This document shows positions 54,301-64,000 of a stretch of DNA of 64,000 nt, in pieces. The notes beneath the pieces were generated by a model, which made no database searches, had not been told where the DNA came from, and saw only the letters and a list, made by a program, of their open reading frames with translations. The number at the start of each line of letters is the position of its first letter. The stretch's first letter is position 1. A program made the translations under genes and the position numbers. This stretch comes from Leucoraja ocellata (taxonomy: Eukaryota), in contig JAWMAR010000061.1 of NCBI GenBank assembly GCA_036785375.1, positions 9,114,001 through 9,178,000 of the forward strand, written 5' to 3'.

Positions 54301-55180
54301 CAATGCTGGCTTGCAAGAAAGGATAATGGAGTACGTACTGAAGGCATTTGGTGTGTTTGGTCCAGTCATCTCGGTTCGTGTTATAAAGCCAGGGAAGGAG
54401 CTCCCTGCAGATGTGAAAAGACTGGGCAATCGCTATTCACAGTTGGGAACAAAGGACTGTGTAATTGTAGAGTATGAAAATGTTGAATCTGCAATTAAGG
54501 CACATAAATCACTTGGAAAAAACGATGAAAGGGGAATGAAAGTGGTGCTAATAGAGATGAAACCACCAAAGAAGAAAGTTGTCAGAGAGAAGAACAAAGA
54601 GGCTGAAGATGTTGGCAAGAATGAGATGAAAAGCAAATCTAGCAATAAGCGAGTGGAGGAGTTGCAGTATATATGTGAAGATTCCTCAGCATGCAGCTCT
54701 TCTGAACCAGAGAGCAACCCTGCATCTCCTATGCTTGGCCGCAAACCCAAACCCATTAATCAACTGAGCCCCAACACCTATAAAAACAATCACCTGAGTC
54801 CTAACACTTCTCCCCGAGCTAGTCCATGGAACAGTCCGCGTTCCAGCCCATCGATGCAACGGAAAGATACGGCTGTGCACAAATCTCCGCTCACTGCAGA
54901 TGCTAAGCTTGGAGCTCCTGCAAATGCTGAGGTTGGAAGTAAGTGGACTGACTATTCATCGGACAGCAGCAACACACCGTCTGGCAGCCCCTGGGTACAG
55001 AGACGCAAGCAAGCTCAGGTGGTATCACATGAGAATACTCCAGTTGGCAGCCCCATGCTTTCTAGAAAGATGCACAGTGCAGGCGGGCTGCCTGCAGGAG
55101 TAGTACGCATGCCCAGAGGACCAGACGGCACTAAAGGATTCCAAACATCTGTAGAGAGGAGCAAGCCGCTTGTAATCTGA
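51143..55180 (+). CDS. LARP6: La-related protein 6 (Acheron); join(51143..51315,51419..51605,54092..55180), 482 aa; in-frame upstream ATG at 50939
   Basis: La motif QIEYYLSDNYLENDAFLLKHVRRNKMGYVSVKLLTSFKKVKHLTRDW; RRM FGVFGPVISVRVIKPGKELP; C-terminal LSA/SUZ-C GVVRMPRGPDGTKGF. Confidence 0.95.
51419..51605 (+). CDS. LARP6: LARP6 exon 2 (La motif)
   Basis: EWAPPDSELVQKLVAQIEYYLSD...LLTSFKK; ttacag| and |gtaaca. Confidence 0.95.
53468..53865 (-). mobile_element. Penelope-like element 3' fragment (GIY-YIG C-terminal part and terminus)
   Basis: DLRSVHNNQPDLPLTQHFNSPSHS...LEEQHLIFCLG...MNIDFSNF; similar to the 18269-18956 copy. Confidence 0.85.
54092..55180 (+). CDS. LARP6: LARP6 exon 3 (RRM, Ser/Pro-rich region, LSA domain, stop)
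   Basis: VKHLTRDWQTTAFALKYS...; contains the 342-aa ORF of the track. Confidence 0.97.
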   Translation, partial: VKHLTRDWQTTAFALKYSDLLELNDEGKKVRRKTVVPVFPSEHLPSQILLVYDMLLCPELQVLNDNLECDNAGLQERIMEYVLKAFGVFGPVISVRVIKPGKELPADVKRLGNRYSQLGTKDCVIVEYENVESAIKAHKSLGKNDERGMKVVLIEMKPPKKKVVREKNKEAEDVGKNEMKSKSSNKRVEELQYICEDSSACSSSEPESNPASPMLGRKPKPINQLSPNTYKNNHLSPNTSPRASPWNSPRSSPSMQRKDTAVHKSPLTADAKLGAPANAEVGSKWTDYSSDSSNTPSGSPWVQRRKQAQVVSHENTPVGSPMLSRKMHSAGGLPAGVVRMPRGPDGTKGFQTSVERSKPLVI

Positions 55181-55574
55181 GTCTTGTAACCTACCCTAGC
55201 TATCCTCAGTAATGCCAGATTTGTACTTGGTAAATTGAAATTATTTCAGTTAAACCATATGTAATGTGATTTAAACGTATCCTATGTTGAGTTGGTATTT
55301 CATGTAACTGTGCAGGAGTAAACTGCATTTTTTTATTTCCATGTTTTTGGGTGAAATATCCTACCTTTTTATTTTAAACTATTGTTTACAAGTGGGCTGT
55401 AACCTAACCCAAGGCTAATATTTTTGTTAACCTGACAATGCTATGAAAGTGCAGCTGGTAATTGGGGGATGTGGGGAGAGACTTGGACTTATTAGGTTGA
55501 GTAACGGTGCAGAAAGGGACACTGAGCTGGTATTCATACTTGAATGAAAAGATGGTGTATATTGTTGTGATTTG

Positions 55575-55580
55575 AATAAA
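55575..55580 (+). promoter_or_regulatory. Candidate LARP6 polyadenylation signal (alternatives 55956-55961 and 56887-56892)
   Basis: AATAAA followed by GU-rich sequence ~400 nt after the stop codon. Confidence 0.5.
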
Positions 55581-56179
55581 TGCAGATTAAACATCCTTCT
55601 ACTCCTGTGTTGATTGTACTTGAACAATTGTCCTTCCTGCCAAAACGTTTATGCCACATTCATACACATTCTCACGATCTCCTTCCCCAAATGTCCTAAT
55701 TCTAGAGTGGAATTAGGCCATTCGGCCCATCAAGTCCACTGCCATTCATTCATGGCTGATCTATCTCCCTCTGACCCCATTCTCCTGCCTTCTCCCCCTA
55801 ATCTGACCCCTGTGCCAGAAGGTGCTGCTTTTGTATACAAATGCTGGGTGGCTGCTAGTTCCTGTTGATCAGAAGTCTGTCACTAGAATACTGATCTGCG
55901 TTCAATGCTTGAATTATACTGCAGCACCTGCACTCAGGTTGTTCATTGATTTGCAAATAAAATAGTTCATTCCTACCCTGCATATCTAGCACTACACTAC
56001 CAGCAAATGATTTTTAGCAGCATTACTTGTGTTTTTTCCAAAATAGTCTCCTGACACCCTCGTGTCCCACACCAGGTGCCAGGTTAAATAGCTTAGTCAG
56101 AGTGATATTATACCCCCAAGTTAGTACAATATAGTGAAACTCACTCTGTGTCCCATTTAGCCAAGCAATTACTGCTGTT

Positions 56180-56600
56180 GAAACAAGGAACTGCAGATGC
56201 TGGTTTATATATTTTTTTAAATACTGTTGGGTTGCAAGCTGCTAAAGCGGAATTAGATGCTGTTCCTCTAGTTTGTGTGTACCTCATTGTGGCAATGGAG
56301 GCCCAGGGCAGAAAGGTCAGTGTGGGAATAGGAAGAGTTCAAATGGTTAGCAGCTGGGAGATTCGGGCCTTTGCAAACCCAGTGCAAGTATTTGGTCGCC
56401 AGGTTTATGCTCGCCAATATACAGGAAGCCACATTGCGAACAGCAGGGGATGTTAGAGGAATTGCATGTGAACCTCTATCTAACCTGGAAGGGTTGCTGG
56501 AGATGAGGGGGGTATAGGGACAGGTCTTGCATCTTATGTGGTTGTGGGGAAAATTACCTGGGTGGATTGGGATGTGTGAACCAAGAGGTTGCACATGGAG
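56180..56600 (-). mobile_element. Older degenerate Penelope-like GIY-YIG fragment
   Basis: PNLPAANHLNSSYSHTDLSALGLHC and RCKTCPY translations. Confidence 0.65.
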
Positions 56601-56969
56601 CAATCTCTACTGTTGTTATTTGGTTAGATCTGATACTTAAGTTGTATGATGCAACAATGGAATCTAGTAATATTGGCTGTCCCCATGCCATGATTTTCAT
56701 CCCTAACAACCACTGTTTTCTGCTGTTATCTTACTGCAGGTAAACATTGAGTACATTGTCTACATTTAATCAGATGAATGCAAAGCTCAATCTGAAACCT
56801 GGCCTGGCTCCATCATTGCTGTGCTTTCCCACCAACGTTTTGATTATATTTGGAAACATTTGAATGCACTTATTTCAGGAATATACAATAAAGAATAGTA
56901 AGATATGACCAACATGCCACAAAGTTTCATACAAGTTATGAGACAAGATTCAAATAATTGATATTGATG

Positions 56970-56975
56970 TTTATT
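56970..56975 (-). promoter_or_regulatory. Candidate TM2D3 polyadenylation signal
   Basis: AATAAA on the minus strand ~1.1 kb after the stop, preceded by TGTA motifs. Confidence 0.55.
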
Positions 56976-58065
56976 TTCACAATTTTGTAACAATGTACAA
57001 TACAGATATCTAAAGCACTGAATCCAACAGGCTGGTTAAACATGTTCAAGGTGACTGAAATCACTGCCAGATATCTTCAGCGGGCACCTAATAGTGCATT
57101 ATAGAGCCATTCCTCACACACCTTAACAGCCCAGCTGTAACATTAAATGCCATTTGAGCTCAATAGACTAACATGATAAGTGTGGAGTGATACAGCTGTG
57201 AGCTTCCAGTTTCCCCTTCCCTGCACTCCTCAAACTGCATTCCACACCCAGGATTGCTCAGATCCCTGATGGTAAGTAATGCAACTTAGGAGCTGACCAA
57301 CATTAGGCGACTGGAGTCTTCTAATAAACCTCCATGGGACCACACCAGAACTAAACAGCTGGCCCAGACTGGACTGAGCAGAGTGTCACCAGCACATGAA
57401 ACTGGCAGGTCGCCTTTTGTGCAATGGAAGGCAATTATTAATTCCAACCCTTGATACAAACTGCCTTTACTTTTACCATGGAGTACAATCAGAAGTTGTG
57501 CTTTCAGCATGTTACTGGAAATACCAGTAAAGTTACATTGCCAAGAAACTCCACAAACGGGTGATTCATGGCCTTACTTATGCACTTGTCTGTAGTCAGC
57601 AGTCCAAAACTATTTGCTTATGTTTCCCATCTTCCTTTGTTCCCCATTGAGAAGGCAATGTTCAAACTTGCTTGATGTTAATATCTTAAAACTCTTTTTC
57701 ATCTCTCATGCCATCCACAACTCATCCTATCAAAATGGTCAGAATTGCAGGCAGTCTTTAGGTCTCTGATCTATCAGCAAATATGTCCAAATGTTGCATG
57801 TGGAATAACTCCATTAAAAGAAGAATCACAGAGAATTTAAAAAAGTCACTGTAAGGTCCCAAGGATGCCTTCATTGATAGTCTCAATAATCACCATCACC
57901 AAGGTTGACCAGGAAGCAATGGTGCAAGACAACCCAACCGGGCACAAGCCCTCAGCTTGACAGTGGCAAAGAAAGTGATTTCTGTACAGATGGAGCATTC
58001 TCCAAAATATTTGAACTTGTGCTCCGTAACTCCAAGTGGTATCACAGGACAGGTCCTTGTGCAGC

Positions 58066-58231
58066 TCAGATGTACAACGAGCCGTCAGCAGGCCCAACAT
58101 AACCAATCCCAATTAGCAGCACGTCTATCAAGGTCCATATTCCAAGGCCGCCAAAGCTAAAGAGTTTACCAAGACCCTCCTTCCATTGGCCCAAATAGAA
58201 TCGGTCAGCTCCAAACCCTCCCAAAGTGATG
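58066..58231 (-). CDS. TM2D3: TM2D3 exon 6 (TM2 domain with DRF motif, stop)
   Basis: ITLGGFGADRFYLGQWKEGLGKLFSFGGLG...GSLYI-TGA. Confidence 0.97.
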
Positions 58232-61200
58232 CTGAAATTAAATCAAAATTTCAGTTAAGCAAAGAGGAAGTATGCTCATTCTCATGCATATGTCTACGTG
58301 ATAGCAAACTCGTTAGAAGTGTGGGTTCAACACCTGCTCTTAGATACTAGTCCAGCCCAAGTCCTGGTAAAAGAAAGTATACCGATTAACGCAAGCCCAG
58401 CTGCTGATCACGTTCCAGTGTCTCCCCCTCCCATCCACTCCCCTCTGTCAACAGATATTACATGACACAGTTTGCTGCACAGATGAACATTTTCAAATGT
58501 TCTACATAATGAATCACTATTTGGAATGAGTCGAGAGAGCCACAGAATGCCTACATTCATGTAGGTTCTCTGCTTAAGTGGGAGGAAAAAACAACCATAT
58601 GACACAACCTAGGACTTACTGCAAAGATTGAGAACGGTTTGTTACTGGGAATGCAAATACTGCCAGCCAAAAAGACCACACAGCTTCAATGAAACAATTT
58701 TGCTTTGCTCAATCCAAAATGAACACGTCAAAATGTGTTCCCTCACCAGAGATTAGCTGTCTCAGCCCCCCCCCCCCAAAAAAAAAATCAGGTCAATTGA
58801 AACTAATTAGGCCTTTGATTAGATTTAAATAGAGCTGCTGACCATAGAACTGTATCCAAATAATTTTGAATTGATATTATCACTGTCCCTCATATGCTCA
58901 GCTGAAACCTTTTGTAAGTACTGCACCACACTCCAAAAGATTTAAATACTCCAAACCCTTGCTGCTCACATATTAAGAGTATTACAATCAGATACATCAC
59001 TGAAATCAAATGCTGCCATTTGTGATTATAGAATTGTCAGATTTAGGCAAAATGCCATGGCAATGTTTATCAGGGAACCAAAGCTACCACCCTCACCTAA
59101 TCCATGCACTCCAAGCCAATGAGGCTACAATTCTGGTCTAAAGTAATTGACTCAAGACATTATCTCTAACTGACCATTGTTTTCCAGCGTGCATCTTTGT
59201 CCTCTGAAATAGTCTGGCAAGTAATTAAATTCATGCAGCAATTCATGTAATGCAATAAATGCTGGCTTTAGCACTGATATCACATGCAATCAGTGCTCCA
59301 GAAATAACAATCAAAGGGCCAATTAGAAAGTTTTCTACATTCAACATCAGTCATTGTGGCCATAACTACCAAGGTAAGGGGTGATGATCGGTGGGGACTG
59401 AGTGGAGGCAGAGGAATTATATATTTATAAGAATAAATGCCTTGAGGGATGCATTTCATGCAAGAAACGGCCAAAATCCTTCTTAACGACCTTACTTCCC
59501 AGGGGGCTATTAACTAGCATACAGAAAGGTTTAAAAACAAAACATCCTCACTCAAGAATCAAAATATTTCCTCACCTCAGAGCCAAAGCAGTTGACCATT
59601 TGTAACCCCCTGTCCAATTGCAATACATCTTCTTCTGAAATGTGCGATTACCTAACAAAGAAAACAAAATCTCAGACGTCAAGACATTTACATTTGATGT
59701 GTTCTATGTGTGTATTTGTCTGTGTTAGAGTGGTCAAGAAATGACTGCAGTGAAAGTAGTCTTGGTGCCAACCTAACGAATAAGTTATGGACGTAGACCT
59801 GGTACAGACGCCAGGAGGTCCGAAGAATACTGCATGACAACACAGCAGCACTCAGCCAAGTGCAGCCCAGCTTTGATTGACAATATTTACCAAATTGTCA
59901 GAGCACAAAGCCACGCAAAAGGGTTGGCACATCTCAACGACCTGTGCAATCGATCAGGTTTTAACAAATGACACAATAAATCGCAGTTTGTAGAAAAAGA
60001 TGCACAAGTTCACAACAATGTTTACGGTTATTGCTGAAAACCATTGTGGTCTCAATTCTTCACCTGCATCCCCTATTTTTAAGCCTTTCCAAAATCAAAA
60101 TAGTTGATTCTGTTTATCCCAGCAGTATTCCCTCACTTGTAACTTTGATCCAGTCATTAAACCTTCATATGCCAGGGAACATGACCCTGGCAATCAAGTC
60201 AAGTCAAGTTTATTCGTCACATACACATACAAGATGTGCAGTGAAATGAAAAGTGGCAATGCTCGCGGGCTTTGTGCAAAAAGACAAACAAACAAACAAC
60301 CAAACAAACTACAAACAGAATGGAACAGAATCACATATTCTTTTACATATTAAATATTGTGGGCGGAAGGAAAAAGGGAAAAAAACAGCATTAACTATTA
60401 ACTAGCATACTAAAAAAAGCAGTAGAGTGGTACAGTAAAGTTAGTCCCTGGTGAGAGAGGAGTTTACAGTCCTAATGGCCTCTGGGAAGAAACGCCTTCT
60501 GACTCCTAATGGCCTCTGGGAAGAAACTCCAGGCTTGAATTCAGTTATCAGCTCTAGTACATCAACACTGCCTTCCCTCAAAGCCCAATGTACTCTTCCT
60601 GGATGCACTACTTAGAACTATTCAACTTAACCCGACTTTTGATTTGTTGTTACAGCATCATATTAATCCTTTGTATTATAGCTTACCAAATAAGAATCAA
60701 CATTGTTATTTCTTACACCAGTCCATTACATTTAAATGATTAAACTACTTGGACTTCACCAAATCCATTAAACATTGGTTCACGTACTGCCATATAGCTA
60801 ACAGGATAAATCATTAATGACTTTGCGAATACCACATATTCGGTCAGGGTTAGGGATTTTCTATAATGAACAGTTTCTTAGAAAAGCAACTATTGAATTA
60901 TAGCAGAACTATCCATATTTTGAATAAAGTAATTGCACTTGCACAAATCACACAGCACCAATGTTTGCCCCTTCGAAGACTACCTACCAAGACAATGCAC
61001 ATGTTCCAGAGCTGTGCAGTTGGAGATAAAGTATTCACGTGGGCAACGCACCGTCTTGCATTTCGTACTTTCCTTGCACTGGTACAGAGTGGGGGGTAAC
61101 TGCCAACAGAACTGACAGACCATTGATATCCAAAATGTTTTTTGATCTATCTTATTCTCATCCTGAGTAGCAAACAGAATAAATACACGTGAACAATAAT

Positions 61201-62773
61201 AAATAATTGATAACCAAGTCACTGATGTGTCAGAATCCATTACTTTACATGCAAAGTCAGCTAATCTACACGTTAGCTATGTTTTTCTCCCATGCTCCTC
61301 GTAGGGCTCCAGTTATCACCTCTGATAAACCATTGCAATCCTTATCTTTTTTCCCTCCAATGTTGTGAATGGTTTCAATATTCAAGTGTCTCAACTACAA
61401 AGCTGGGGGTGGGTGCAGAGTGGCAGCATTGCCAGATGCCTGAACCATGTTCTACCAAGGATGAGTGTGCTACATTAGAAGCTAAAGGCTGAGAACCATT
61501 TTTTTTTTAATTTATGTTTTCAGATCTGGGCATTTTTCTGGCAAAGTCTGTATTTACTGTCCAACATTAATTACCTTTAAGACTAACTTGAACAGCTGCA
61601 GTGGGGGTGGGGGTTCAAGGATTTAGACACAGTAATAGCAGTGGAGTTGGCAGGATGGTGCGCAACTGAAGGATACTTGTGGGTAGTCACAATCCTGTGC
61701 ATTTGCTGCCCTTATTCTTCTTGCAGATTTGAAGGCTGCTGCCAAGATAGCCTTGGCAAGTAATCACATCCTGACTTGTAGATGATGGAAAGCCATTGGG
61801 ACACCAGCGGGTTACCCAGTATCAAACCTACTCGTGTAGCCACAATATTAGTCACTCGACCAGATAGAACTAGTTCGGTTCTGACAGATCCTCAAAGGGA
61901 CCTGACAGACTGTCACTATCTCCCAAAATAATGAAAGATTCAACAGCTGCAGTCATGTAGCACTGACTTGTAGCTGAGGAAAGAATACTGGCAAGACACC
62001 TGGAGGCTGGCTTCCCATACAGGCAAACACAAACGCAGAATAGAGCGGAAAAATACAAAACCAATAACCATTTGCACATGGGAACCTCGAGAAGCTGAAC
62101 AGAGTGGGGTTGACACAGCCATAGTAGGCAGAAGGGCCCGTTCCTTTGATCTATCTACCAGATTCCTCTATTGTTACATCGGTTGTTTACCGTGCATTGT
62201 ACGCCTGGCTTGACTGTGCAGTTGAACGAAACCTCCTTTCCGTAGACACAATTAGAATGCAGCGAGCAGTCGACACAGTCGGGCGGCAGCCTGTTGCACG
62301 GCCCGGCGCTCGGGCATCTCGCCAGGTAGGGTGGCATCGTGGTTGGCGCTGGGGGGGGGGGGGGGAGGGGGAGAGAGAGATGGTGATTGCAGGGAGACCG
62401 GCGGCACGGCGAACGTGGAGCTCCACACACACCGCGCTTACTTACCGACTTCGGGCTGGGCGCGGGTGCTGTCCAGGCCGCCGGCGGCGGGCATGCTGGT
62501 GCCCCGGGACTGGAGCAGGCCATCGGGGGCGCCGGTGCTCGGAGACTCTGTGGACAAGAAGCAAAGGGGTTAGGCCCAACGCATCGCCCCGACCGGGCTC
62601 AGGTTCTCCACAGCGGGCAGGGCCCGGATCCCCGGCCCGCACTCACCTCCCGCTCCCATCAGGAGCAGGAGCAGCCCCGGCCCGGCCCCGCACTCACCGC
62701 TGCCCGCTCCCAGTGCCGCCGCCGCCGCCAGCGCCAGCAGCAGCAGGCGCTCCAGAAGCTTCCTCGCCGCCAT
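58066..62773 (-). CDS. TM2D3: TM2 domain-containing protein 3; join(62698..62773,62446..62547,62191..62348,60988..61162,59576..59651,58066..58231), 250 aa
   Basis: Signal peptide; Cys-rich ectodomain CQFCWQLP; GNRTF..YCNWTGGYKWSTALALSITLGGFGADRFYLGQWKEGLGKLFSFGGLGIWTLIDVLLIGIGYVGPADGSLYI; 753 nt in frame. Confidence 0.96.
59576..59651 (-). CDS. TM2D3: TM2D3 exon 5
   Basis: GNRTFQKKMYCNWTGGYKWSTALAL. Confidence 0.96.
60194..60530 (-). mobile_element. Rex1/Babar-type LINE 3' end with (CTTGA)n tail
   Basis: tcaagtcaagtcaagtttattcgtcacatacac, reverse complement of the 28950-29006 tail. Confidence 0.85.
60988..61162 (-). CDS. TM2D3: TM2D3 exon 4
   Basis: DENKIDQKTFWISMVCQFCWQLP...HVHCL. Confidence 0.95.
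62191..62348 (-). CDS. TM2D3: TM2D3 exon 3
   Basis: PPYLARCPSAGPCNRLPPDCVDC...CVYGKEVSFNCTVKPGVQCT. Confidence 0.93.
62446..62547 (-). CDS. TM2D3: TM2D3 exon 2 (symmetric, poorly conserved)
   Basis: ESPSTGAPDGLLQSRGTSMPAAGGLDSTRAQPEV; ccacag| and |gtaagt; phase 1-1. Confidence 0.7.
62698..62773 (-). CDS. TM2D3: TM2D3 exon 1 (signal peptide)
   Basis: MAARKLLERLLLLALAAAAALGAGS; |gtgagt. Confidence 0.85.
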
Positions 62774-62787
62774 TGCATCTGCCCCGC

Positions 62788-62867
62788 CCAATGAGGGGCA
62801 ACCGAGACCGGCCAATCACACCGCAGAGAAAGTGGGCCAATCACAGCCCGCGCGGAAAGCCACCAAT
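62788..62867 (-). promoter_or_regulatory. TM2D3 promoter with four phased CCAAT boxes
   Basis: CCAAT at 62788, 62812, 62837 and 62863 within a CpG island. Confidence 0.75.
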
Positions 62868-62911
62868 CAGCGGCGAGTGGAAATAAAGGCTGCAGATGCT
62901 GCAATGCTGAG

Positions 62912-62939
62912 CAAAGATCCTATAGCAATAGGATCTTTG
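62912..62939. mobile_element. 28-bp palindromic TIR-only hAT-like insertion with 8-bp TSD
   Basis: ATGCTGAG-CAAAGATCCTAT AGCA ATAGGATCTTTG-ATGCTGAG. Confidence 0.8.
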
Positions 62940-63051
62940 ATGCTGAGCGAAAGCACAAGTGGTTCATCACACAACAGAGAGAGATATATATAGAGGCACA
63001 TATAGTGTGGAATAAGACCCTTCGGCCCAACCTGCCCACACCTCCACACAC

Positions 63052-63245
63052 TGTGTAGGAAGGAACTGCAGATGCTGGTTTAAGCCAAAGATAGACCCAA
63101 ATTGGGACAGGCGGCAACTCTGGAGATGAATGGGTGATGTTTCAGGCAGAGACTGAAGAAGGGGCTCAACCCGAAACATCACCTATTCCTTTTCTCCAGA
63201 GATGCTGCCTGTCCGGCTGAGTTACTCCAGCATTTTGTGTCTATC
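63052..63245. mobile_element. Palindromic Penelope-end-derived element
   Basis: gtaggaaggaactgcagatgctgg...ctgaagaaggggctcaacccgaaacatc...ctgagttactccagcattttgtg. Confidence 0.8.
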
Positions 63246-63304
63246 CCCTCCACACACTGCCCACTGAGACCTACAGATGCCCGTTCCCCATCACACACGC
63301 TGCC

Positions 63305-63875
63305 GTGGTTAGGCCATATTTGGAGTATTATGTGCACTTCTGGACTGAAAGGAACAAAGTATAACATTTTTAAAGGGTGGAGAAGATGTTCAACAGGATG
63401 TTGCATGGATTGGAAGGAAAGTTATAAAGAGTTTGGACTTTTATAAGGAGTGTCAGTAATTGATGAGAGACCGGACAAAAGCATATACAATTATGAAATG
63501 CATAGACAGGGTACACAAAGACTTTTCCCCAGGGCAGAACTGTCAAATACTTAAGGACATAGATTGAAGATGTGGTGGGGAAAGTTTAAAGGAGATTTGC
63601 AAGGTCAGTTTCTTTTTAAACAGAGAGTAGTAAGAATTCATTTCACTTGCACTTTATGTGCAATGTGACGAATAAAACCGTATTGTATTGTAACCTGAAA
63701 CGCACTGTCTATGGGGGTGGTAGAAGCATATATGTCTAAGAGGCATTTAGACAGGCATATAAACAGACAAGGAATAAGAATATGGGCAATGTCCAAGCAT
63801 ATGCAATTAGTTAGATTGGCATCATGGTAGACACGGACATGGTGTGTTGACGGACCTGTCCTTGCACTGAATTGC
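63305..63875 (+). mobile_element. Degenerate CR1-type LINE 3' fragment
   Basis: ggttaggccatatttggagtatt...cttttccccagggcagaactgtcaaatac... CR1 tail. Confidence 0.7.
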
Positions 63876-64000
63876 TGCTGTAATTCTACTGAATATTAGC
63901 AGAACAAATTCGCACGAATAGTCAACTGCCAGAAAAATGCACAGAATCAACAATATTTTGAATAAATCAACAATCTAATTTTGGTTTATTTTTATTGTAG

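Noticed and set aside
59718-59821. Two-hairpin structure ending in ACA-NNN in TM2D3 intron 4 (H/ACA snoRNA-like)
   Set aside because: No ANANNA H box in the hinge, only ~104 nt, and weak second hairpin; snoReport/Infernal would be needed
62146-62886. 246-aa plus-strand ORF
   Set aside because: Antisense shadow of TM2D3 exons 1-3 in a CpG island

Overview
Eukaryotic, vertebrate genomic DNA. The CR1, Penelope and V-SINE repeat landscape suggests a cartilaginous fish, probably a skate or ray (inference). Four spliced protein-coding genes were reconstructed by hand from GT-AG boundaries and translation. ADPGK (minus, 7 exons) runs off the left edge. LRRC49 (minus, 17 exons, 748 aa) is head-to-head with LARP6 (plus, 3 exons, 482 aa, or 550 aa from an upstream ATG). 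TM2D3 (minus, 6 exons, 250 aa) is tail-to-tail with LARP6. The ADPGK-LRRC49 intergenic region holds two RNA genes absent from the ORF track: a tRNA-His(GUG) and a complete U3 snoRNA with its own PSE/DSE promoter. Introns carry CR1, Rex1/Babar, L2 and Penelope fragments and SINEs. Most interesting observations: (1) a dispersed Penelope-end-derived repeat family carrying a minimal hammerhead-ribozyme core; (2) 28-42 bp TIR-only hAT-like inserts with perfect 8-bp TSDs near promoters; (3) an NRF1/ZNF143/CRE cluster upstream of the tRNA; (4) RFX X-boxes at LRRC49. All assignments come from reading the sequence and recalled homologues; no database search was run.
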